A DNA stretch of 64,000 nt from Verrucomicrobiia bacterium (GTDB taxonomy: Bacteria > Verrucomicrobiota > Verrucomicrobiia > Palsa-1439): NCBI GenBank assembly GCA_035516795.1, contig DATIZX010000076.1, positions 1,145 through 65,144 of the forward strand. Direction: 5' to 3'. The notes beneath the pieces are model-generated. The model made no database searches and was not told the DNA's origin. It was given only the letters and a program-made list of their open reading frames with translations. Below are positions 40,744-49,674 of the stretch, piece by piece (positions within the stretch are counted from its first letter, which is position 1; the number at the start of each line of letters is the position of its first letter). Position numbers and translations under genes: made by a program.

Positions 40744-42051
40744 TCAGTTGCGGACGGCTCTCATGAAACGCAGTATGGGTGGTGGTACCATCGGCCGAAG
40801 CAGGGCTTTCATTTGCCTGCGCCGCTGTTGCCAGCGAGCTTGCTGAAGACAACGGGCAAGGAAGCGTTCGACGTCGGATTTGTTCTGCTCAACGGCCGTC
40901 TTAAGCAACGTCTGATACGTATCCTGCCGATACTCACCATCAAGAAGTTCATCAAAAACGGTACAGCCAGGCTGTGCCAAATTGGACAGAAACCTTTCTT
41001 CGTTGAACTCCACTGTTTCGAAGGGTACGCCATAAAGCCGGTACAAAACATAGTAGCGAAAGCATTTCTCGCAGTTCAGGCACCAGCGTTCGCCGCGATT
41101 GGCATAGCAAGAATATTGATAATGGCCGATGGAGGGATGGCGAGTCCATAAATTTTCAAACACAGTCAGTTTGTTCATTTCGCCGAGCCAGGGTTGATAA
41201 TCGAATAGCGGAGCGAAGATTGCGGAGAGTGGTCCTGTGATCTCCGGGGTAAAGCAATGGAAGCTGAGATCCTCTCCAAATTGTTGGATTTCGTTCCCCT
41301 GACACACCGTGCTCAACTCTTCGTCGACCACGAGGGGCGCGACCAGCGCCAGCAATGATGGCGTGAACGAAACGGCGTTGGCGAACAGCGTACCGGTCAC
41401 GATTCGTTCCTGAAGCGCCGGCTGCAATTGGGCCAACACGCCGTATACGTTGCTATGGATATGCCGGAGCTGAAGCCCCAATTGGCTTGCGATACGGGAA
41501 TCTTGCTCAAGTTTCGTTGGATTTCGTACAGGATCGCTCCCGATCCAGCCAGGGCCAAGAAAACTGATTAAGATCGGCTTGATGCCCTTGGCCAACAATT
41601 CACCAAGTACCAACAGACTTTCAGCCCCGCCGCCAAAAAAGAGACCGGTTTTACGCTGCGCGCTTTCCAATGAATGACATGGCGTATCTGCACCGGGCAA
41701 CATCACCGGCGGTTCCATGTGGATTTCAACAGCTCTGCCAAAATGCCGCGCCGTTATGTTCTTCACGAAATGTGGCCATCCGTTCAGGATTTGACGTAAG
41801 GCGTCAACTTCGTTGCCGCCGGCCTGCGGCTCGATCAAGGACGACTCTATCCGAAACCGGCTTTCAGTGAAACTCAGGGGCAGTGAGGCTGGCAGGGCCA
41901 GATACAAGCTTGTCACACCCGCTGCTCGCTTGAGTGTGGACGGATACTCGACCCAAAATGAGTTTGGATAACCCGGGAAAGGATTGGGTTCCCAACGACA
42001 TTCCAGTCGCCGAGAGGAGATCTCCTCGATGGAAATGACGTACTCGTTCAT
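40744..42051 (-). CDS. PP-loop superfamily (QueC/ExsB-like) protein with degenerate P-loop
   Basis: LFFGGGAESLLVLG sits where SGGxDS is expected. The C-terminal SCYANRGERWCLNCEKCFRYYVLYRL resembles the QueC-type Zn-binding Cys cluster. Confidence 0.4.
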   Translation of the reverse strand: MNEYVISIEEISSRRLECRWEPNPFPGYPNSFWVEYPSTLKRAAGVTSLYLALPASLPLSFTESRFRIESSLIEPQAGGNEVDALRQILNGWPHFVKNITARHFGRAVEIHMEPPVMLPGADTPCHSLESAQRKTGLFFGGGAESLLVLGELLAKGIKPILISFLGPGWIGSDPVRNPTKLEQDSRIASQLGLQLRHIHSNVYGVLAQLQPALQERIVTGTLFANAVSFTPSLLALVAPLVVDEELSTVCQGNEIQQFGEDLSFHCFTPEITGPLSAIFAPLFDYQPWLGEMNKLTVFENLWTRHPSIGHYQYSCYANRGERWCLNCEKCFRYYVLYRLYGVPFETVEFNEERFLSNLAQPGCTVFDELLDGEYRQDTYQTLLKTAVEQNKSDVERFLARCLQQARWQQRRRQMKALLRPMVPPPILRFMRAVRN

Positions 42052-42063
42052 GTAACCGGCGCT

Positions 42064-43863
42064 CTATTCATGATCCTTGGCCCATAACAGCAAACCCAGG
42101 AGAAGTTTGGGCCCGGAGGCATCGGCCAGGCCGTCATGGAAGGACACTGTCGCCTGCGGAGGCGGCAGCAATTCATTCAGCACTTCGCTGTGGAACAGAT
42201 GCTGAACGCACGACCGATATGGTTCACCTTCCTGGCGAACTGCCCGCCACGAGGCGCCATTGAAATCGTAGGTCCGGCAATAATAGCGCCGATCGACCGG
42301 GTGTACTTTTCGTCGGAGCGCTTCCCACGCCCGGCCATAGAGGTGCCAGGCAAGCATCCAGCGGAACCGCGGGTGAATCGGCAGCGCATAGTCCGCATTC
42401 CGATCCAGTGGAAGAGCGGCCAAGTGGGGAAACCGGCAATGCAGCAACTCCAACTGTAGTCGTCGTTCTTCCAAGGTGACGACGGGCATCCCGCTCATGA
42501 CTTCCAGGACTTTCTGATCGACATAAGGCTGCACCGGCCAGGCGCCAAAACAAAGCGGCCACAGCGCGCTTCCAACATGGAATCGCTGCCGGTGTTGCAG
42601 ATGGGAGCACCAAGCCCGGTGCGATTCTTGATCGGCAGATCTCAGGTAAGCCGTTTCAAGCCCTGCAATCGTTTCGTCCACCAGGTCGCCAAACACTTCT
42701 CGCAGGAGCAGCTTCTTTAAAACTTTGGGTCGAATCGCCCACTCGTTGTGATGGGCAAAGTAAGTCCGGAAAGAAAAGTTGCCTTGGGAGGGTGAATAAG
42801 CTCCCTCGAGATGAGCGCCGCCCAAAATTACGTTCCCGAGATAACCGGTAACCACTCGCGGGTTGACTGCCCCCAAGGCCGGCGGAGTGCCCCAGTTCAT
42901 GATCGTATTAAAGCCGTTGGCCAGATGCTCCCAACGAGCCTGACACTCCGCGTACCGGGGATAAGAACTGCCCGCGACATGAACGGGATGATGAGGAAAC
43001 CCCAAAGTCCGCGCGACTCGCGAAGCACACCTGAAATCAATGTCGCTGGGCAACCCAAACGTCACCGCGACTGTATCGCGACGCCCTTGGCGTTTCAAAA
43101 ATCCCCCCAGCATCCGTGAATCCAATCCGCCCGAGAGCAAGAGACTGTGGGATTGAGTTGCGCGCGCATGGCGCGTCACCGCCTCGTCAAGTGCGCCATC
43201 GATGAGACGCACCTGGGCTTCCAGCGGCAGATCGTAATATCTTGCAGAGAACGGGATTCGATACTGCAACTTTTCTTGTGGCAATGCACCGGGACTCCAT
43301 GCAAGGCAATGCCCCGGGGCCAACCGCCGCACGTTACGCCATAGGGTTTGACCATTGATCAGGTGCATGGTGAGCAAGATGCCGACCAATCCAGCCGCAT
43401 TCAGCTCCATGTGGAAGCAAGGATGATATCGAAAGAGTTCCGGGCTTGAACCTACCAGCAAAACGTCCGGCCACCCGCAGTAATAGACGGGAAACAATCC
43501 GAGGATATCCGCACTGACAATAACCCCGTTATCTTGAAGGTGAACCACACCGGCATGAAAACCGTCATAAGGCTCCGGCAAAGTTGCCGGCCAGACACTC
43601 CAATGATCCCGCATCTGCCGAGCGCTCACAGGCTGGATAGCCGACTTGGGAATCGCGTCTCCCCAAAGCACCGCGGCCCCGGTTTCATCAGCGCTTTGAC
43701 TGACCGGCGCTTGCGGGTGGGCGGCCCAGAGGGCACAGAAATCGCCGCGAGCGCAACGATCGGTCTTTAGCCCTTTCACCGGCGGCAACAACGGTTCGAC
43801 CGTTTGGATAAACCGGTTGCGGCGCGTGGCGTCAGCGTCCACAATGATGAGAAAACTGGCCAT
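42064..43863 (-). CDS. Asparagine-synthetase-like protein lacking the N-terminal nucleophile Cys
   Basis: 599 aa. Has the PP-loop LLLSGGLDSRMLGG and an AsnB-like N-domain, but begins MASFLIIVD with no Cys2. Confidence 0.65.
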   Translation of the reverse strand: MASFLIIVDADATRRNRFIQTVEPLLPPVKGLKTDRCARGDFCALWAAHPQAPVSQSADETGAAVLWGDAIPKSAIQPVSARQMRDHWSVWPATLPEPYDGFHAGVVHLQDNGVIVSADILGLFPVYYCGWPDVLLVGSSPELFRYHPCFHMELNAAGLVGILLTMHLINGQTLWRNVRRLAPGHCLAWSPGALPQEKLQYRIPFSARYYDLPLEAQVRLIDGALDEAVTRHARATQSHSLLLSGGLDSRMLGGFLKRQGRRDTVAVTFGLPSDIDFRCASRVARTLGFPHHPVHVAGSSYPRYAECQARWEHLANGFNTIMNWGTPPALGAVNPRVVTGYLGNVILGGAHLEGAYSPSQGNFSFRTYFAHHNEWAIRPKVLKKLLLREVFGDLVDETIAGLETAYLRSADQESHRAWCSHLQHRQRFHVGSALWPLCFGAWPVQPYVDQKVLEVMSGMPVVTLEERRLQLELLHCRFPHLAALPLDRNADYALPIHPRFRWMLAWHLYGRAWEALRRKVHPVDRRYYCRTYDFNGASWRAVRQEGEPYRSCVQHLFHSEVLNELLPPPQATVSFHDGLADASGPKLLLGLLLWAKDHE

Positions 43864-45144
43864 CTAGTTGTTCTTGGGTTCCTTGACCAAATCCCAGGAA
43901 TGTTCGACCAATGCCGTGGAGTATTCGATTGACGGCATGAACGCCGTCGCAAAAAAAACACTCGACTCAACGTCGAACACACAGGCGGTAGGCACCCAAT
44001 CCAATTGGTTGATGTGATCCTCAGCCAGCACGGCGATTTTGTACTGTCCCTGCGGCAAAGGCAATTTGGGAATCCGGCAGATCACCTGACCGCGACCGTG
44101 CGCGAGCCGGAACCGCTTGCCTTCGGCGTCCATGTTGCAGTGTGTGACGGCAATGCCGATGTGGTTGAAAATGGTGAGCATGAATTGCACCTGTGCGAGT
44201 TCCTCTTGTGTCTCAAATTCCAGCACGATGTCGATCGGATGGCCCGACACTGGCAGAGCGGTGCGCCCACCGGTTTCATTGCGAAGATATGCCGCCACGA
44301 ACCGCAGACGACCATCGCCGCTACGCCGCTGCGCATACCGCAAATTGGTCGACTCCTGCCGCACGATGCTGGCAAGATATTCCTGGGTAGCTTGGCGAGC
44401 CGTCCCGCGGCTGATCAGCCGTCCCTGATCCAGGATAATCGCGGTAGGACAAAGCTCCATAATGGCGCCCATGTTATGGCTCACAAACAGTACTGTCCGG
44501 CCTTGCCTGGCAACGTCATCCATCTTGCCGAGGCATTTCTTTTGAAACGCGGCATCGCCCACAGCCAGGACTTCGTCCACAAGGAGGATTTCGCTTTCCA
44601 GATGGGCCGCTACCGCAAACGCCAATCGCATGTACATGCCACTCGAATAATGCTTTACCGGCGTGTCGAGGAATTTCTCCAACTCAGCGAACGCAACCAT
44701 TTCGTCGAATTTCCGATTAATCTCCTGGCGGCGCATCCCGAGAATTGCGCCGTTTAGGTAAATGTTCTCGCGTCCCGTCAATTCCGGATGAAACCCGGTG
44801 CCGACCTCGAGCAAACTGCCTACGCGTCCCTTGAGACAAACACGTCCGGTTGTCGGCTCGGTGATCCGCGCAAGAACTTTCAGCAGCGTGCTTTTGCCGG
44901 CACCGTTGCGGCCGATGATGCCCACCACATCGCCGCGCTTTACCTCAAACGAAACGTCCCGCAAGGCCCAGATTTCGTTGGGCAGCTCATCGTTCGCGTG
45001 GCCGTTCCAAGCGGCAGCAACGCGCCTAAATGGCGTCGTCACCGCTTGCATCAGGGAATCGCGCAAGGTGACGTAACGTTCCTTTCGCGTACCGAGGCGA
45101 AACCGTTTGGTGAGATTCTCGACGCGTATGGCCGTTTGGCTCAT
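43864..45144 (-). CDS. wzt: O-polysaccharide ABC exporter ATP-binding protein with C-terminal glycan-binding domain (second copy)
   Basis: Reads MSQTAIRVENLTKRF...GRNGAGKST...YSSGMYMRL...LLVDEVLAVGD, plus a C-terminal domain of about 190 aa. Start at the internal Met (ATG at 45142-45144). Confidence 0.85.
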   Translation of the reverse strand: MSQTAIRVENLTKRFRLGTRKERYVTLRDSLMQAVTTPFRRVAAAWNGHANDELPNEIWALRDVSFEVKRGDVVGIIGRNGAGKSTLLKVLARITEPTTGRVCLKGRVGSLLEVGTGFHPELTGRENIYLNGAILGMRRQEINRKFDEMVAFAELEKFLDTPVKHYSSGMYMRLAFAVAAHLESEILLVDEVLAVGDAAFQKKCLGKMDDVARQGRTVLFVSHNMGAIMELCPTAIILDQGRLISRGTARQATQEYLASIVRQESTNLRYAQRRSGDGRLRFVAAYLRNETGGRTALPVSGHPIDIVLEFETQEELAQVQFMLTIFNHIGIAVTHCNMDAEGKRFRLAHGRGQVICRIPKLPLPQGQYKIAVLAEDHINQLDWVPTACVFDVESSVFFATAFMPSIEYSTALVEHSWDLVKEPKNN

Positions 45145-45148
45145 CCGA

Positions 45149-46016
45149 TCAGACCGTATCTGCGAAAATCTTCTCCATGCGACGGAAATAAAAGGCGCCG
45201 ATAACAAAGACGAGAACAGCCGCAAGCCCGGACACCCAAAGGATTGCTCCGGGCGCCGGTGCGCCAAGCAACGCCCAGCGAAATCCTTCGACCACGCCCG
45301 CCATCGGATTGAGGCCGTAGAGCGAACGCCATGGCTCGGGCAACAAGCTGCTCGGATAGGCAATCGGCGTGCAGAAGAGCCAGGCTTGAATTAGAAAACT
45401 GACGGTGTGCCGTACATCACGATACCGCACGTTCATGGCTGACAGCCAAAATCCCACTCCCAGCGATGTAATGAACGCCAATAGGAAAAACGCAGGGAGA
45501 AGAATGAGATGGATTGTCGGCCAAACGTGAAAGTACGCCATCATTCCAATCAACACGATGAACGCCAGCAGGAAATCCACGGCGCCTGAAAGGACGGCGG
45601 AAATCGGCACAATCAGCCGCGGAAAATAAACTTTCTTGATCAGATTGGCATTGCCCACGAGGCTTTCCGCCGCTCCAACAAGGCCGTTGGCGAAAAAATT
45701 CCAAGGGACCAACGCCGCATACGCAAAAATCGGATAGGGGAGACCGTCGGATGGAATTTTTGCCAGCCGTCCAAAAAACAAGCTGAAAACGACCATGGTG
45801 AACACCGGCTGTAGAATGGCCCACGCAGCGCCCAGCGCAGTCTGCTTGTAGCGAACCTTGATGTCGCGCCAGATCAGAAAGTAAAGCAACTCGCGAAATT
45901 CCCAAATCTCCTGCAACCGCAGGGATACCCACCCGCGCGACGGCTCGATTACAAGATCGAAATCGGAATCAGGCGGATTCTGGATGACGCTGTTCAAGAC
46001 TTTCACTTGGGCAGAC
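45149..46016 (-). CDS. wzm: ABC-2 type polysaccharide exporter permease (second copy)
   Basis: A GTG start at 46016 gives MKVLNSVIQNPPDSDFDLVIEPSRGWVSLRLQEIWEFRELLYFLIWRDIKVRYKQT. The ORF track's 480-aa version has an Arg-rich non-coding-like N-terminus. Confidence 0.8.
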
Positions 46017-46101
46017 TTCCGGTTAATCACGCGACAACTTCGACAAGCCTGCAAAGCTTGCGAACCAGAGGTTGATTGCGAATGGAGGCGTTCCTGCTGC
46101 G

Positions 46102-46674
46102 TCAGGAAGCGTCCACCAACTGCGAGCGACTGACGATCAAGCGCGCCTGACAACCGAGCGTAGATAACAGCACGGCCACGCGATCGCGGTCGCTCATTTC
46201 CTGCAAAACGACGGCCTGCAATCCGCGTAATGGTCCGTCGGCAATCTCGACGAGGTCGCCCGGTCGAAAACCGGGGCGGACCGTGACCACGTCGACGGCT
46301 TCGCCGGCCCATTCTTTGAGCTGTTCGATAATCCGCTCGTCGACAATTGTAGGCTTGCCGCCAAAACTGACCACGCCCACGACTTGCGGAGCGTATTGCA
46401 CGGCGCGAAAGCTCTGGGACAGATTCAGACGACAAAAAACGTAGCGCGGGAATAAAGGTCCGATAACCCAACGCTTCACGCGGCGAATCGTCTTGAGGCG
46501 TTTGAGTCGAGGATAATACGTTTCCAGACCGAGGGATTCCCGGCAGTACTGCTCGGCACTGGCTTCCTTGCGCGGTCGCGTATGAACGCACAACCAGCCC
46601 GTTGTGTTGGGAAATGCTCCGTTCTGGGACGGGACCGCCGCCGGAGAGGCTGAAGACATGGCTTCGTTATTCAC
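46102..46674 (-). CDS. NusG/RfaH-family transcription antiterminator paralog (UpxY/LoaP-like)
   Basis: NGN-like N-terminal domain (WLCVHTRPRKEASAEQYCRESLGLETYYPRLK) and a KOW motif (FRPGDLVEIADGPLRGLQAVV). Confidence 0.75.
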   Translation of the reverse strand: MNNEAMSSASPAAVPSQNGAFPNTTGWLCVHTRPRKEASAEQYCRESLGLETYYPRLKRLKTIRRVKRWVIGPLFPRYVFCRLNLSQSFRAVQYAPQVVGVVSFGGKPTIVDERIIEQLKEWAGEAVDVVTVRPGFRPGDLVEIADGPLRGLQAVVLQEMSDRDRVAVLLSTLGCQARLIVSRSQLVDAS

Positions 46675-46820
46675 TGGTTATCGTTGTTCTCGGAGTCAGC
46701 GGTGGCGTCTGGGCACGCTGCCGCCATTCCGGTGCTTTCCTGTTTGTGCAACAAGAACCCGGTTTTTCTGTTCCTTGGCCGGCCGACAGCCCGGCCATTT
46801 CAGCGCCTCATTCAATTACA

Positions 46821-48950
46821 TCAAGCGGCGCCGTTTCGCTTCCCCTTCTTGTGATAATAGGAATAGCGGTACGGATAGTAATAGAATCCGTGCAATTCCT
46901 GATCGATGTTGTTCATGACGACTCCGACCAGCGGAGCGCCACACTCCCGCAGCTTCTGCATGGAGCGGGAAACAATCTCGCGACTCACTTTACCGAATCC
47001 AATGACGTAAACGACCCCTTTCACATGCGGCAACAGCAGGAGCGGATCGCTGACCGCAGTGACCGGCGGGCTGTCGATAATGACGCGATCATATTGCCGA
47101 CAAGCTTCCTGGATGAGTTCTGCCAAACGGTCGGATCCAAGTAGTTCGGGCGCGTTGGGGGGTACGTCACCCACTTGAAGAACGTCCAGGTTCGGAATGT
47201 CGGTCGCCGCAACCACATCCTCCAGCTTCGAATGATTGGTCAAATACAACGAAAGTCCTTTGTCAGCACGGGAACGGAAGACCTTGTGTTGCACGGGATG
47301 ATGCAGATCGCAATCGATCAATAAAGTCCGTTGCCGGTTGGAAGCGAAAGCGATCGCCAGGTTGGCAGACACGACCGATTTGCCTTCGCCGGGAGCTGTG
47401 CTGGTGACGAGCAACGATTTCGCGGCATTCAACTCTGGCTTCAGAGTGATGGTGGCCCGCAAATTTCGAAAGGCCTCGGCGGAAATGGAATGCGGCTGCA
47501 ATTGGAGCACGCGGCCATTCTGGGTACCGTCGGGCAGCTCAATGCGCGGTACACCGGTCAGTAAGGGCAGGCCCAGCAAATCCACGTCCTCGTACGACTT
47601 AATCTTGTCGTCGAACGAATTCATCAGGAAGCTCAAACCCACCGCGGCTCCCAATCCCAAAATAACGCCCATCGCGAAATTACGCGTTTTTCTCGGTTTG
47701 AACGGCGCTCCGGGCACTTGCACCGGATCGACCAGCCGTATGTTGTTAGACTCCAGTTTGCCAGCGACACTGGCTTCCTTCATCCGCGTGAGGATCGCGT
47801 TATACATCTGGCTGTCCGCATCGGCATTGCGCTTCAACGTGTTGTACTCCGCCTGTTTGCTGTCCATTTGCAGCGCCTGCTGCTCCTGATCCTTGAGTGC
47901 GCCCTGCAAACTGTCCTCGTTAGCCTTCGCAAGGGAATATTGCGACTGCAGCGAATTGACGACATCGTTGCAGGCGGCCAAGAGCCGGCCGTTGAGGGCC
48001 TTCAGCTCAGCTTGCAGAGCCACGATTAACGGATGCTGGTCTTTGTAGCGTTCGCGCAAGACGGCCAATTGCACTTGTTTCTCGCTCAATTGTTGACGGA
48101 TGGCAGCCACCTTCGGGTTGCTCAGAATGGCTGGAATCTCCGTGACTTTGCGACCGTCTTCCAATTGCTTCTTCACCACATCCCAGTCAGCTTCAGCCGC
48201 GAGCCGCGTTTTCTCGGCTTGCGTAACGGCGGCGTTGAGTTCTTTGAGCTTGTCAACAACGATGTCCTGCCGCTCTTCCACCGAAACCGCGTGAGAACGC
48301 TGCCGGTACTGGGCCAGAGCCGCTTCCGATTTTTCGAGCTTGGACCTGTATTCGTCTGCTTGCTGCTGTAACCAGCGGACGGCGTCGCTGGCTGCGGCCA
48401 TTCGTCTATCGAGATTCTGTTTGATGTACTGCTGCGCCACGCCAGTGGCCAACAGCGCTGCCAATTGCGGGTCGGCGTTGTCTACATTAATGGCAATCAA
48501 CCGGCTGCCGCGAATCGGCTCAACGCTGAGACAGCCTTGTAGCACACCCGCCAAATCAGTATTGCCTCCGGCGCCGGCGAGAAATGCGGCGTTCTGGTCG
48601 AGCTTCAACGCTTGGACCACCAATTCGCATAACGTCCGGCTCTGGATGAGCTGCATCTGCGTGTTCATGTACTCCTCGTCCCGTGTGTCGGAGGTCAATA
48701 CGTCCTGGATGTTCAGAACCTTCACTGTATCGGAATCCACCTGGACGACAGCAGTGGCTCGATAAGTGGGAGTTTGCCGATAAGTCCAAACGACAGCACC
48801 GATGACCACTGTCAAAAACGCCGCCAGCGCCAGATATTTGTGTTCAACGAGAACAACGAGGTATTGTTGCCACGGAAAACGTCGTTGTTGTGGGCGTCCG
48901 ATCATCGGCCGGGGTGCCGTGGTAGAAATTGCAGGAAGGGTTGTTTGCAT
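46821..48950 (-). CDS. wzc: Polysaccharide co-polymerase / tyrosine autokinase (Wzc/ExoP/GumC-like BY-kinase)
   Basis: Two TM helices flank a large coiled-coil periplasmic domain. The C-terminal kinase has Walker A TAPGEGKSVVSANLA and a Tyr-rich tail YYYPYRYSYYHKK. Confidence 0.85.
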   Translation of the reverse strand: MQTTLPAISTTAPRPMIGRPQQRRFPWQQYLVVLVEHKYLALAAFLTVVIGAVVWTYRQTPTYRATAVVQVDSDTVKVLNIQDVLTSDTRDEEYMNTQMQLIQSRTLCELVVQALKLDQNAAFLAGAGGNTDLAGVLQGCLSVEPIRGSRLIAINVDNADPQLAALLATGVAQQYIKQNLDRRMAAASDAVRWLQQQADEYRSKLEKSEAALAQYRQRSHAVSVEERQDIVVDKLKELNAAVTQAEKTRLAAEADWDVVKKQLEDGRKVTEIPAILSNPKVAAIRQQLSEKQVQLAVLRERYKDQHPLIVALQAELKALNGRLLAACNDVVNSLQSQYSLAKANEDSLQGALKDQEQQALQMDSKQAEYNTLKRNADADSQMYNAILTRMKEASVAGKLESNNIRLVDPVQVPGAPFKPRKTRNFAMGVILGLGAAVGLSFLMNSFDDKIKSYEDVDLLGLPLLTGVPRIELPDGTQNGRVLQLQPHSISAEAFRNLRATITLKPELNAAKSLLVTSTAPGEGKSVVSANLAIAFASNRQRTLLIDCDLHHPVQHKVFRSRADKGLSLYLTNHSKLEDVVAATDIPNLDVLQVGDVPPNAPELLGSDRLAELIQEACRQYDRVIIDSPPVTAVSDPLLLLPHVKGVVYVIGFGKVSREIVSRSMQKLRECGAPLVGVVMNNIDQELHGFYYYPYRYSYYHKKGKRNGAA

Positions 48951-48957
48951 GGCAATC

Positions 48958-49674
48958 CTAAAAGACGGATTCTGGCACGAAGACCACGTCGTCGGGAATC
49001 AGTTCGACATCTTTGCTGCTGTCGCCGCTGCTGATGATAGCGGCGACGTTCACGGTGATCTTCTTCTCGAGGCCGTTTTCGGTCCGAGAGATGCTGACCC
49101 GGCTGGGAGCTGCGATCGGCGTGAAGCCCCCAGCCCGAGCGATGGCCTGCAATAACGTGAGTTTCTCATCCGCGGAGAAGTCGATTGCCCCCGGCGAGCG
49201 TACCTGCCCGAGAATGAAAACTCGGCGGCTGTTCGCCCGATCGACGAGCACGGAAACCTGTGGATGCACCAGATAGTCGCGACCGAGCCGCTGTTTCAAC
49301 AAATGCTCCGCTTCACTGACACTGAGCCCACCGACGAGAACCGCTCCCAGCATCGGGTAGTTGATCATTCCTTGAGTCGAAACGCGGGTCTTGACAGACA
49401 AATCGGGTTCGTTGAAGACATTGATTTGAAGAGTGTCCAACGGCTGGATCCGGTAGTCGGACGGCGAGGACGCAGATGTAGATGCCGCTTGTGCCGACGA
49501 GTGAACGACCGCCGACGATTCACTGGATGACGGGCCCGGCTGTATGACGCGGCTGCTCGAGTATGTTTCTGCGCAGGATACAAAACCGAGACAAAGCGCC
49601 AGGGAGATCATTAATCTCACCAGGGCACTAGCCGGCCCGTACATTTTGACACCCTCTATTCGACCCTTGGCCAT
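48958..49674 (-). CDS. wza: Polysaccharide export outer-membrane/periplasmic protein (Wza/GumB-like; Poly_export + SLBB)
   Basis: Reads PLDTLQINVFNEPDLS...RVFILGQVRSPGAIDF, with an N-terminal signal/lipobox-like LGFVSC. It is the first gene of the operon. Confidence 0.8.
   Translation of the reverse strand: MAKGRIEGVKMYGPASALVRLMISLALCLGFVSCAETYSSSRVIQPGPSSSESSAVVHSSAQAASTSASSPSDYRIQPLDTLQINVFNEPDLSVKTRVSTQGMINYPMLGAVLVGGLSVSEAEHLLKQRLGRDYLVHPQVSVLVDRANSRRVFILGQVRSPGAIDFSADEKLTLLQAIARAGGFTPIAAPSRVSISRTENGLEKKITVNVAAIISSGDSSKDVELIPDDVVFVPESVF

Noticed and set aside
40744-43863. Lasso-peptide (RiPP) cluster hypothesis for the Cys-less AsnB-like protein
   Set aside because: No transglutaminase-like B protease, no PqqD-like RRE, and no short precursor-peptide ORF nearby. 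The genes are embedded in a co-transcribed glycan operon, so a sugar amidation role is more parsimonious. It is retained as a low-probability alternative under findings.
45149-46591. 480-aa version of the second Wzm ORF, and similar long N-terminal extensions on several GT genes (10526..11758, 14220..15800, 16423..17745, 22018..23196, 36346..37767)
   Set aside because: The extensions are Arg/Pro/Gly-rich, lack family similarity and overlap upstream genes. Internal Met/GTG/TTG starts give canonical N-termini and tidy 4-nt overlaps.
46675-46820. Possible hairpin GGCCGG-N8-CCGGCC in the wzc/nusG-like intergenic region
   Set aside because: The hairpin is not followed by a U-run on the transcribed (minus) strand, so it is not a convincing intrinsic terminator. 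It may still be a structured regulatory element.
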